A stretch of 54,215 nucleotides of DNA, counting the filler, from Sphacelaria rigidula (taxonomy: Eukaryota): the NCBI GenBank assembly GCA_964200075.2. It is 3 parts of 3 records of this genome, joined end to end, with 100 filler letters (N's around TTAATTAATTAA, not from the genome) between each part and the next. Parts side by side here need not be neighbours in the genome. Positions count along the whole stretch, not along the records: positions 1 to 18,006 come from CAXNAA020000940.1; positions 18,107 to 36,111 come from CAXNAA020000941.1; 1 more part is not named here. One strand, written 5' to 3'. Each line of letters starts with the position of its first letter. The first letter of the stretch is position 1. Made by a program: the position numbers and the translations under genes. A model generated the notes under the pieces. That model did not search any database. It saw only the letters and a list, made by a program, of their open reading frames with translations, and was not told where the DNA came from. Of the stretch, positions 13,630-25,157 are shown in pieces.

Positions 13630-14770
13630 GTTTATCTACCACCGTGTCTTCCTGCTAAACCGGTCCCAAGTCTGCAGAAGTTGAGGTGCGAAACGTATTC
13701 CTCTGTTTGCGCCCCCAGGACTTTCTCCACTTCGTCTATCGCCGTTGCTAATCCTTCCCGGTCAGCTGCCGCTCTTGTCGCACTGCGCGTGTGACCTGCC
13801 ATCTGGGTAGGCAGAGACAAGTCATCGTTGAGTACAAGACCGCGTAGCTCCGTCATTGGGACTTCAGGAGCTCCACCACCCCCCCCCGTCGTTGTGCTCG
13901 GGGGTTTCGACGGTTGTCGGCGGCAATGATGACGGGGTGGTTGATGATATGAGACAGCATGTGAGTGCGGTGCCGGCGATGCGGGTAGCTGCTCTGCCGG
14001 CATTATTGCTGTAGGCGACACTGCTGCTGTCGGCGTGGACGGTCTTGTTGCCGGCGCCACCGACGACGGCGGTGTAGGCGGCGCGGAGTCCGGATCATCG
14101 ATGGAATCTTGAACGGGATTTGTGAAATCGTCCCGCCTACCCCACCTCCGCAAGGAGACTGTGAAGTAATCTCAGCCCTCTCTCCCCGTCATCAGCGGGG
14201 GTTGGCGGTGCGGCGTCCGCTGCCCTCTCTTCGAAGTTGGGTAGCGAGAACGACACGTAGGGGGAACCGCGTGGTGAAGCGCTCACGGCTGGAGTTTGCC
14301 ACAAGGACTTGCTGCTGGCCGGCCCTCCTTCGATATGGTCATCCCTTGCTCCGCCAGGCGTTGGGATCGCTTGCTGTGGAGCGGAGGAAGGAGGAGGGGG
14401 AGTATACGCCCATATTACAAGTATGGTCATAATAGAGTCCCCTGTATCGGTCATCACTAGCACAGCATCGCGCGGGTATCCTTGGGCTGCACCGAGGTAC
14501 CAGCATCTTTGAGCTTTCCGTTGCAACTTGTTTGTCTTCTTTACCCTACAAAAACCAGGTTTCAGGAAAGAAAGTAGGTTGATGTCCGCTGGCGATCCGT
14601 GCCACATCTCATGTGGCGCCTTGTTCCCTGGAATAGCCGAGGTTTCGGTACAGTTCAAAACATTGTACGCCCAGTTTTCTTGCTCCGCTCACAGATTTTC
14701 GCCACTTAGAGTATTCTGGCTCGGGTACATTTGTGATGCTTGAATTTTGGCCGCATGGCCGGCTGACTCT
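13630..14770 (-). pseudogene. Copia integrase C-terminal part and linker; no RT domain visible
   Basis: LNCTETSAIPGNKAPHEMWHG...LKPGFCRVKKTNKLQRKAQRCWYLG...YPRD, then a Pro-rich linker running directly into RNase H. Confidence 0.8.
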
Positions 14771-14771
14771 G

Positions 14772-15520
14772 ATTGATTTTGATGGTTGATTGATTGCCGC
14801 ACTTTAACTGACCCCCCAGGGGCCCAGCCGCGGTCTCATGATAGACGTACTCAAGAAAAACGGAATTCAAACACGCTCTAAAAAAACTAAACAGAAAACA
14901 ATAGGAACAGGAAAAAAAAAGGAAAAGAAAGAGGGGTCGAACAGAACGACATAGCATACTAAGTCGTGACAAAAAAAAGGAATACAAATTGAACACAAGC
15001 AAAGCGCAGAAAGAAATGGCCGACCTTAAGCAAGAAAGAGGAAAACAAGAGAAAAATAAAAATTAAATAAAAAAATGCATTGGAACGATGGGGAAAAAGA
15101 GAAAAAAAAATACAATGAAACGATGGGGAAAAACAAGAAAGCCTAAGGGATTCATAGCAGCAGAGTAGATGCAGACACACGCCAGCGGGCACCGCGAAGC
15201 CACCGACTAAGGACACAATCAACAACCGATATGAGAGGACAGGATTTTCCGATTGGCAGCCCTCGATGTAGCAGCCTCTCGTTTGTGACGTTGGTCTGAC
15301 TCTCGCTTGTCCGCGCGTCGCCACCTGTCCTCAAACTCTTCACCCCCCTTTTCGACTCCAATATGCCATTTGCCCAGGTCCTTCGCCGCAGCGACCCAAT
15401 CGTATGTATCGTTGACCTCTACACCGTAGGCGAACCACTTTCGTCGGGCTCCTTTGTGCGGGACAGCTCCTAGCGCACGTAGGTTCTCCTTTAGGGTATC
15501 CTCCCATTGCTCGGGGGGTG
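14772..15520 (-). mobile_element. 5'-truncated LINE (ORF2 C-terminus, 3' UTR, AATC-repeat tail) inserted in the copia integrase
   Basis: WEDTLKENLRALG...DWVAAAKDLGKWHIGV, then a T-rich UTR and an aatcaatcaaccatcaaaatcaatc tail; it splits ...IGIIE from SAGHAAKIQA. Confidence 0.8.
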
Positions 15521-15575
15521 GCAAACTCTATGATGCCTATTGAGCGTTCCGCTACACCGTTGAACTGTGGAGAGT
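15521..15575 (-). pseudogene. Copia integrase catalytic-Glu segment
   Basis: SPQFNGVAERSIGIIE. Confidence 0.85.
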
Positions 15576-15787
15576 CTGTAATGCGTGAGAGGACCGCGTT
15601 CTTAGAGGACCGCGCCGTAGTTCAAAACGCCTCAGGATTGATGTTTTTCAAAACCAATCGGCCAGTCCCTGCAGGTACCACGCCCCTGACCATAACCCCA
15701 ACACTAACCCTAACCCTTACCCTTACCATGGGGATGTTCAAATTCCGATGCGGTCCTCTAAGCACGCGGTCCTCTCACGCATTACAG
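15576..15787. mobile_element. MITE with 38-bp TIRs, a 3-bp TSD (AGT) and internal (TAACCC)-like repeats
   Basis: ctgtaatgcgtgagaggaccgcg...cgcggtcctctcacgcattacag; AGT at 15573-15575 and 15788-15790. Confidence 0.85.
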
Positions 15788-15789
15788 AG

Positions 15790-16600
15790 TCGATAACGTT
15801 TCATCTCCCCGCGCAGCCCCATTGTGAGGTGATTAGTCGTCTGACGTTGTAGGTCCTCGTGGCCGTGGGCGTGAGAACACTGGAAATCGTTGACATCGAC
15901 ATTTCGGGGGTTAGATGGTGCCCTCGGGGCGATCACAGCGCATGCTGACGCATACTCGTCATGACTTTCTGGACCTATTCGGTGGGCGTACATTTTGAGG
16001 AGCCTATGCTGAAGGGAGATATTCAGGGTGTTGCCTGACTTCAACTCAACCCGACATCCGTCACGTGTTCCAATGTAGGTGTGGCCTGCAGCAGAGATTC
16101 TAGTCAAAGACAAAAGATGGCGACGGACGCCTGGTGTGCGGTCTACGTTTTTGAGATGTAAATCTACATTACGTGCGTCAGATCTAAAGGCGAGAGTCAA
16201 ACTTCCTGCCCATAATCGGGTAAGTACCGCCGCCCGCACACCGGAATACCCTATTCCTGCATTCTTACTAGAATCTGGTGAAATATTCCGGGTTTCCACC
16301 GTGTCAAACACCGACTGTTCGCCCCCAACTTGCTGCTCTACAACCTCCATCTCAACAACAAACGCACACTCGCCTGTGGTGGTTTCGGGGGCCTTCGTCA
16401 TGTCTATGTTGGTGAAAGCCTCCGCATCAGCATCCGAGAAAATGGAGTCATCGTCGACGACATCGCTTACCAAACCATCACCATAACCACATCCTCTCCA
16501 TACTTCGGGCAGTCAAGCAACTGGTGCCCTCTCTTTCCGCACCCACCACAGTACTTACCCGGACAGTCTCTCGACCGATGTGCCTGTCATTTCCTGACAG
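15790..16600 (-). pseudogene. Copia gag zinc knuckle, protease-region remnant and GAG-pre-integrase
   Basis: CGGCGKRGHQLLDC (CX2CX4HX4C) near 16510-16550; LKNVDRTPGVRRHLLSL; VDVNDFQCSHAHGHEDLQRQT. Confidence 0.85.
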
Positions 16601-16676
16601 ATGTGGCATCGCCACGTCGTCGCAGCCCCCGAGTGGGTATTTGGCGGTGGAGTCGACGACTGGCTGGATCTCCCGA

Positions 16677-16860
16677 GAAGGACGAGTGGTTGGGGTGGGG
16701 CCGTCTGCGCGGCTCGGATACTGTACTATACCATATTCGCAAACACTTGATTGTCAGTACTCGTACGTCACCCCGATCCCCTGTTCTACGTATATCCGGT
16801 ATGACTGGTTTTATCTGACTCACTGGAACACCTGGTGATTCTAATCACCTCTCTCTCAGG
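16677..16860. repeat. LTR-like direct repeat (partner at 12298-12480)
   Basis: Diverged direct match, as described for the partner. Confidence 0.65.
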
Positions 16861-18006
16861 ATAGCTTCTTCTCTGGGCTCGACACAATTGATACTGTGGG
16901 GCATGATTACTCCACGGAAAGCGCTACTACAGTCGTTGTGACAAAAACAAAGATAAAGCCTGCATATCATCGAAGAAGGATACCGTTGCTTGTCGTAAGA
17001 GAATGGGTAGTGTGCTCGGATTTGGTTGGGGATCTACGACAAGTGGGCTTGAAGCTCGTGCTGCGGATCGCAACGTGGAACATCTCACCCGATCATACTT
17101 GTATTTTCTTTAGCGTTCACGGAAGATTCCGTGATAACTCATATTGGTTTCTGCGTCCTTCACGAGACGATAAGGTGCTCAAAAGGCACAAAAAAAAAGA
17201 AAGATCATCTTACCTGCACAGAGAGGCGTAGCAGCGCGAGGTTCGCACTGTAGCTGAGACAGCTTTGAGATTCGATCGGTTAAGGTGTGACCCATCGATG
17301 TGAAGATGACTGTAACAGGGTTGTACTTGTGTGCCATTTTCTATTACGAGGGGCCACCCCTTTCCTTCCTCCTGGCCTGCTCCCTGCGGGGGTGGGCCGA
17401 GGACCGCTGGTGATCTTAAACCACACACACAAAGACCACCAAACCAACGAGAGGGGAGCAAGGAAAGGTAAGGGACACGAACCCTAGCATCGTGTCGACG
17501 TGGGCTCTGAGGTTTGGGGCGATAGGAGATACAGGGGTCGTGAGACACAGTGTAACTCATATCGCAAAAAAATTTCAGATACCACCCCCTTCCCCCGACT
17601 GCCCATACTGGGGTGGGCAGAAGTCCACCTGTGATCTTAGACCACCATTCAAAGATCAGTCAACGACGGTGGAGACACGACTACGAACCTCGTATCGACG
17701 GGGAGACTAGGTTAGGAAGATACGAGGCACCACGATCACAAGAGTGGCGTGGGCTTCGTTTCGGAACAACTTAGCGGCGGCATGCAGTTAAACGCCAAGG
17801 CACCGGTGTGGACGTCGGGGCTATGCAGCAGCGGAGAGCGCAGTGGGGACAGCCTAGACAGGAATGGAGGGGCTGCACATCGCGTGGGTACGCACACCAG
17901 GAGCGAGGAAGAAGTAGAGTCGGACAGAGCAGGAGAGTTGCACCTGCCTGTGACAAAAGACGAGCACCGGGCTAGCAGTAGTCAGAGAGTCCACAACGCG
18001 ATAAAA

Positions 18007-18106
18007 NNNNNNNNNNNNNNNNNNNNNNNNNNNNNNNNNNNNNNNNNNNNTTAATTAATTAANNNNNNNNNNNNNNNNNNNNNNNNNNNNNNNNNNNNNN
18101 NNNNNN
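18007..18106. other. Artificial contig-joining spacer
   Basis: 44 N + TTAATTAATTAA (stops in all six frames) + 44 N. Confidence 0.98.
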
Positions 18107-18172
18107 ATCGAGATTCGAACCCACGACCCAACCGTCAGAAGGTTTCGAGGTTACCGACTGAGCCACCGGGGC
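18107..18172 (-). mobile_element. tRNA-derived SINE head (or tRNA pseudogene) cut by the contig end
   Basis: GCCCCGG TGGCTCAGTCGG (A box)...AACC-TTCTGAC-GGTT arm...GGTTCGAATC (B box); the acceptor 3' strand is not visible. Confidence 0.7.
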
Positions 18173-18299
18173 GACCGGCTCTGTAGTGGTATAAGTAGAG
18201 TCATTAGATCCGAAGAAAGCGGAATCGGTTCCCGGCAGATGCATTTGTTTTTGTAGGAGTACTCGAATCTAATTTCCGCCGTTGAAAACTTGGAAGGCG

Positions 18300-18430
18300 T
18301 GAGTGGCGATCCAACTCGCGATACAAACATGTAAGCCGTGTACCGGGGGGGCGATGGATTGGTTCCTTGAGACCACGGACTCATCCCGAGGACAGGAAGG
18401 GGTCGAAAGTGTGTTGGAAAAAAAAGCACA
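18300..18430 (-). repeat. Interspersed repeat family, also at about 27000-27170 (+) and 36525-36690 (-)
   Basis: Shared cctcgggaYgagtcc.tggtctcaagga.ccaatcc core. Confidence 0.65.
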
Positions 18431-18808
18431 CGTCATCGCCGGCAGAGTCGGTTCCGTATCAAACGCAATTTCTAGTTAAAAATATCAAGCGCTCCTCTTT
18501 TGTAGATGAAATCGATACAGATGAGAAGCAGACACCTCCATATCCTGACATCCAAATAACAAACAGAACACCCCCTCTACACAAACCTCAATTTCGCCTG
18601 ACACTGTTTCTGGAGTTCACCCGACTTTCAAAACCAACATTTCTTCACAGGGGAGCACAGTGCCCAACAGTTGTAGGTTCCACTTTGACGGACCCCGTCG
18701 AACTGCTACAGGATCCCGGTTTTCGCGATGTTTTGGTTATTCTAACCACAGGGTCATCGAGGACAGATATATGAGCACGCTATAGCCTATGCACTTTCAT
18801 TCCTTCTC

Positions 18809-21165
18809 TCATGCGGCGTCCGACTCGTCACCTTTTTCGGATGTTTTTCTACCTACGTTCTCCTCCACACCGCCATGTGCAGCAGCGGGAGATGCCGAGA
18901 GTAAATCGTAGCCATCATCTATGCTACGGAAGGCCAACCTTTTCGCGGTATACAACACACCCCACGGTAGACGTACAAAGCTCATCCCATCCCCGCGAAC
19001 CGCCAATAGGAACCCTCTCCCCATCGTCGTGCTAACGGGAATGGCCAACGCATTGGCTCCGGCCCTGGACGTGTCAGACGCCAACCGAATGAGACATTCC
19101 TGAGCTCGAGACAACCCCGACATCCCCGGTCTAGGGCGCCCATCCTCTGCCGTGGGGCAGCGTGGTATCGTCGTCGGCCGTGCGACTAAACCACCCCGTA
19201 CGCGCATTCTACCCCTACCGCCGTATCCCGGTTTCCTCGATTTTTTTGTGCAAGGTGGGGGGTGAAAGATCTTGGCATTCGGTCGCTTCAGGTCGAAGTC
19301 GCTCGGCAAGCTATACGCGGGTCCGGGGCTCTCCCTCCCTCGCAGCGGCAACCTAATACGCTGCGATGAGCGCCTGACCGGCGGGTACGGCCGAACACCT
19401 CCTCCCCTACCGTCAAGTATTCTCCCTTTACACTGACCAGAGTCCGCGACCCTAGCTCTGGCTGATTCTAGGGCAGCAGCCCTTGCGGCCGTTTTGTCCA
19501 CTCGAGCTTTTGAAACCGCAAATTTCGTGCCACATGTCATCCGTGGGCGTACATTGTATGTCCCGGGGCCTGGGGTGGGGGTGTCCTTCGCGGCACCTAT
19601 CCCTCGACTCATGCGCTCATGATCAAGATATCGAACTTCACGGAATCCCGTGGATGTGGCTCGCTCCTCGGAGGAATGTACGGGACCACGGCGTTCTGAA
19701 GCAACTTCTCCGCCGGGCACAAAATATGGGAAAGGTCCGCGATCGAGATATCGACGCACGTTCATGGGGCCTACTTTCGTTGCGAGAGTTCCCCAACCCT
19801 GGAGTCCTCTGCTGGTGGTAACCCCTGTTATCCTGCCACAGAACGGGGTTTCGGTGAAGCGACTTCAATTGTATTGAAAGCGGAACGTAGAACGCTGTAT
19901 TGCAGCTCGAACTAGCGCAAGCTTCCACTACCGTGCACTGTACCCAGGTTTCCCCGTCCCGTTTCAGGTCACCAGTGTTTGAGATCACCTACAAGCAGTG
20001 ACACTAGATCCCTTGATTCCGTTGCAAAGTATGTTACACGTCTCATACTGGTTCCACTTGTATTCGATTGATCGTACGCTAGGTTGACTTTGACATTCCG
20101 ATGGGAGCCGCCCTCCAAGAATTTGACTCGAAAACCACCACATGTCACAGCTCAAGGTCTCCACGTAGAGAATAGATCTGCGAAATCTCACCACATACAT
20201 CGAGGTGCTGTTCGAGGGCGTAGCGATCCTCGACGCTTCTTGAGCCACAACCGCTCCTTCTTGCTTGGAACCGCTGAAGCCAGCGCAGGTGTAGGCGGAC
20301 GCACCATAGTTGCGTCCCCCCAGCCTGTTTTTGTGTTGAACCCTCTACTCTTGGAACGGTACACCTTATTCACATCGTCCCAACCCTCGGGTGGCGCAAA
20401 GTCCCAAGCTTCATGGGATGGGTAATACGTTCCTGGTCCAGGGCTGTGGTTTCCCATGGCAGCGCGCTCGTGATCTGGCGTAAGGTATCGCTGACAAGGG
20501 CTGAGGTATCGAGCCTCAGCGGTGTCCAGGAGTGCGGTTGATATCTGGGAATGTGTGTGGCGGAGATGGAGGGGTAGAGCGCACGGAAGTGAGGGGAAAT
20601 GGCAAAGGGCAACTATATCCGGATATTATCGAAAAATAAAAACACTGTCAAGCGCCTCTTATGGGTGGCGGAAAGGATCCCAAGCGTGGGAGTCCCCAGT
20701 TGCTCGGGGTGCTTTTGTCTTTTTGATTCACATGTAGATTTCGCCTCCTCATCCCAGCCACTTTTCCGGGGGGGGGGCGCGGCATCAGCCTTCATTCGAA
20801 GAGGTTTGAAGCCAGGGCCCGAGAAGTCCGAAAGTTTCGGAACTCTCCGAAAATCAGGGTCTATAAGTAATTGGCGTTAGCATGAGACATCCATCGGCGC
20901 GGCTACCTGTTTCTACCAATTCCGTTGCACAGTGCTCCGCTGCATTTATCCATCGAATACACGAGTCCATCTTCGAGCCAATAATCGATAACGAAATTCG
21001 CAATATATTGGACGGCGCTCGCTCTCACCGTTCGTCGCACGAAGCGATCGGCTTCCTCCGCTCGATAAAGTGCCGGACTAGTAAACGCGTTGTCCCTGGA
21101 AAGGCTTGTAAGACCCTGGAACAACGCAGGGGGTATAAACGGAATGTCGACTAATTAAGGCCGCC

Positions 21166-21198
<33 letters not shown>

Positions 21199-21490
21199 CT
21201 TACTGTTACACGGTAGAAATGTAAGCAGCGATCGAATGAACTATTGTCGGTGTCCTGCCCACCTTAGGTCCTTCACTGCCTCTGATCCATGAGTCTCGCT
21301 CCCTGAAGAGAAGGACACTGCCGTCTGGCCTAGTGCATCCATCTCTCACCAACGTCACGGCAAAGCGCGGGACAGGAGTGCCCTCGACCGCTGATTTTTG
21401 ACGATACGAACCTGGCCCTGGAAAGTGAGCCGTAAGCTTGTCATCATCAATAAATCTCTGGGCTGTTTGGTATGCTCCAAAGAGCACCAT
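18809..21490 (-). CDS. SHIPPO-repeat / sperm-tail PG-rich (ODF3-like) protein, about 5 exons: 21490-21263, 21115-about 21029, about 20862-20648, 20544-20192, 19832-18809
   Basis: Repeated PGPGxY motifs (FPGPGSY, RYLTPDHERAAMGNHSPGPGTYY, TPGPGTYN, ESPGPAYSL) with GT-AG sites; the exon 2/3 junction phase and the true start are unresolved. Confidence 0.75.
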
Positions 21491-22029
21491 ACTTCACACC
21501 CTCGTCGATCTGCCAACAGTCGGCGTATGTGTCTGGTCGGTGCTCTGTAGGCGCCGCGTGTTTACAGTTAGCACCCCGCCTGCATTGTACGCCCACATGT
21601 CGACAACCGTTGGCGGCGATTGATAAATATATGCCTTTACATTACCAATATTACGTCAAAGACTAGAGAACGCATTCTCACAGGGAAAAGTTAATGTGAA
21701 TGTCGAAACCCTGGAGCTAGCTACGTTACTTGAACCCCGCCGCCCCGCCCTCACTCGCTCGTCGATGAGCAACGTGCAAGTTGAAATTTCCGTAACGTCG
21801 TCCAACCGGAAGTAGTCTTCCCGCATTTAATGAAGTATGACATACTTGACACGCCTTCGGGCGCACCGGACACCCAACAACACAAACACTGTGGTGTGTA
21901 TGTACGCAGTGGGCCGGTGCAGTTAACAGTCACCAAGTAGCACCTTCTACTGAAGCTTACGTATCTATTCGTATTTAAGTTATCTGCGGTGGCTGTACAC
22001 GCGCAGCTATCGCTCTGTGGTGGCGTCGG

Positions 22030-22251
22030 ATGCAGGACGAGGTCAATACCAAGCCTGCAGACATTCCAGAGGCCGCCACTACTACCCGCAAAGGCGCTCG
22101 GCGGCAGAACTTTATCATGTGGTGCCTATGGACGGTGTACATATGTCTCGCAGTGGCGGTGGCGATCGTACGCGGGGACGGCCCTCAGGGTCAGGGACTG
22201 GCTAGCGTTCGAGTGGAGGGTTTGCTTTCTAAAATGACCATCGAGGACAAG
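22030..22251 (+). CDS. GH3 beta-glucosidase exon 1 (hydrophobic signal/anchor)
   Basis: ...VEGLLSKMTIEDK|gtgact is a typical GH3 N-terminus, preceded by FIMWCLWTVYICLAVAVAIV. Confidence 0.85.
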
Positions 22252-25157
22252 GTGACTTTGTGTTCCGCTTGTGAACACTTCGTGGCATTGTTCTCCGCAT
22301 TTACACGCCGTGTACCTACTGTACTGTGTACTAAACACAAATGACTTCGAGCATCACATTTTGGTCGCGAGCAGCTGTGCACCGTATAGCCCCCCTATCG
22401 TCCATGGCTACAGCTGGCATACTGTACTGTCTGCTGTGGAGCTGGTTTCCGGGATATATATCCATATATCAAGAGTGCACAATCAGAAATTGGTTACCAT
22501 TCGTTGAAGCCTGGTTTGGACCATCTCCTATCCGATCGGACACGTTCGATATCAAAATCGGACAGTCTTTGAACGGAGTCAAAGCACTGTAGACTATATT
22601 ATAGACCAAATCAGTGACGATTTTGAACAAACTTACCCCATGGCTTTAAATTTTGGTAAGCGGACGGGTCTCTGACGAAAAGTGGCAACCAATTATGAGC
22701 ATCCGGTCAAAATTCAATGTGAAGTAGTTTGTTTCAAATCGATCAGCGAATAAAAGTATGAGACATGTTGCACTGTGTCTGACTGTCTGCAGCGCAAACA
22801 CACTCACCCCTCTCATGTGATGTAGCTGTCGCTGTCTATAATATGGTGTGTCTAGATCTTGTGAAGGCGGTTTGTATCTGCTGGAGATTGCCTGAGCTGC
22901 TGTACTGTTGTTGTCTTCTACCCTGTGCGAAATAGTTGTCGCCGACACGCAGTACTGTATTCTCAAAGCTGAAGCTATCGTTATTATGTGTTTGTTGGAT
23001 CCGTTGTGTATTTCGCAATGAACAAGGCGTGTTCCGAAAATTGACCCTTCGAGCCCCCAGGTGAGTCATCGGGGTTGTGCATTCATCTCTCAAGTAAGAA
23101 TGATGCCGATTCGAAAGATTGCCGACTTTGGCGGCCCGAGTTCTGTGTGCGAGGGCCGATATTAGGCATTTGCTCTTCATGCGTTTCTTTTTCTCGAAAA
23201 AACTATGCGTCTCGTTCAAATTAGGGTCATTTTGAAGCGGAAACCCCGCCGAGGCGTTACAATTACTCGATGATCGTGGGCAAAACCAGAAAACAAGAAC
23301 GCGTTCGTAGCACATGCGAATGACGCGAAAATATGAGGGGCAAAAGTCTAGCCGATACGGTGTTCTGTCGCGTACGCACGGTTTTGCCCGTTCCACAACG
23401 GCGATGCCGTCCGTTTTGTTCCTTTCCTTATCCGCCCAAATTGCAACTTGGATGGGCTTGCTCGAAAGCCGTGGTCAGCTGCGCTCAGGAAATCCTCATC
23501 TTACCTACTGAGGAATCGAGGTATTTGAGGGTTTCGGAAGATATTTTTCCTCATCATAGAGCCAGAGCGCAGGGAGGAAGCGCCAAAACTTCAGAGCGGA
23601 CGCTAAGAAGTTCATAGCGGAAGCTGATGTGACGTGGCTTGATGTGGAGTTCTTTTTCTCGCAGTTATTGGGCGCAGGCTGTGCCGCCAAATGTGCGATC
23701 GACCAGCGCGCAGTCCTATAATGCACAGGCCAGCACAGCATTCATTGACTGTGCCATACCCTGCGGCACCGTACGCACCGTGCAAAAACTTTAATCGTAC
23801 CTGCAAATACTTTAATTAATCCACCATGGCGCACTACAGGGCACTGTAGTGCTTCAGTGCTGTGCAGGGTAGAGTGCAGCCAATGCAGTACAGAGAGTGC
23901 AATGCACAACCCTACAAGAGACAGTACATCGCGGTACGGTGAAGTTAATTAAGCGATACCGTACACTCAGTTGTACAGTACAGTAGTATAGTACAACAGT
24001 TCGCAGCACTTTCAAACAAAAGACAGGGCCGCATCGTGACGATTTCCCAACATGGCACCCATAACGGTGGTGCAAGAAGTCATGACCTATAGCGGAATGG
24101 CAATGTAGCCAGGTGTAGTACTGCTTGTGCGTTGTAGACTACGAATCGTTCACACCCTCTTCTAACAGCTGAAGCTGGCAAATACTAGGAACTGCACCCA
24201 AGACAACGGCGTGTATCCGCCGAGCATTTGAATTTTAATTCAGTGCAAGCACGCGAATGCTGACACCATGGCAGCGTCAGGGAGATTCTCTGATTACGAT
24301 GCAAAGCGTTTCTACTTCGTGAATGGTCCCTTGTGATGAGCATGACAGTTGTAATGAATGTCCTACTTTGCTTGTCAAGGTGTATTGATTTTGAACTGGC
24401 TGTGATCATGGTGGTGGAGGTGGGTGTTCTTCATTCCGCTATGAACTATGAAGAGGCACAACGGTTTTCAAAGTGATGTGGTACAAACGGCACTCTCGTT
24501 CCGAAAAAAACGCTCTGAGGCCCTGTCTTAGCCCTTTAGTTTTCGATCGAAAAAGTGCGGGGGAAAACAAGAGTCCTGGTCTGATAGGTCATGATTTTAA
24601 CCATCTTCAAAATTAACGACGATGGTTGAAATTACGACCTATCAGATCAGGATTTTTGCTTTCCACCGCACAATTTCGATCGAAAACCAATGTGCTAACG
24701 CAGGGCCTAAGAAATACTTCATAGCGGAAAGTGCACCGTCACCGGCTATTTTTCCTTCCACTCTCTCCGACTCTAAGATGGGAAAAAAACTTTTCCGAGA
24801 CTCTTGATCATCCGATTGCCCGAAAAAGCAATAGGCCAGAATATTTTTCAAGTATATGACAAAAATCCGGATTTCGGGCCATCCCGGAGTTCCTCAGCAG
24901 AAAAGGTAGCAGGGATCTTCTAAAGGTCCTGGCCTTCCCACACCCACTTTCAGGTAGTGTCTTATCGTGACCCGAAAAATCACGTTCCAAAATCATGTTT
25001 TCCTGTGATTGGCTGTGGCGGTACCACCACTTAAAAATGCGGCGCAAACGCTCTGCATGTACTACTGTGCTACGACTGTGACCTATATCACCGAGTTGCT
25101 GCACTACCGACGCACCTCCATCACACGCATCGGATCAAGTCACTTGAGAGAAATATG

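Noticed and set aside
18051..18062. TTAATTAATTAA as a biological motif
   Set aside because: It is an assembly linker, repeated identically at 36156-36167
18107..18172. Functional tRNA-Gln(CTG)
   Set aside because: D-arm spacing is irregular and the 3' acceptor stem is cut off; a SINE head is more likely
18355..18395. Hammerhead-like GATGAGTCC...GGA in an interspersed repeat
   Set aside because: It lacks the CUGA and GAAA core nucleotides, and other copies read GACGAG
21491..21600. In-frame TGA upstream of the SHIPPO ATG as a readthrough or selenocysteine codon
   Set aside because: No SECIS or homology support; it is simpler to read as 5' UTR
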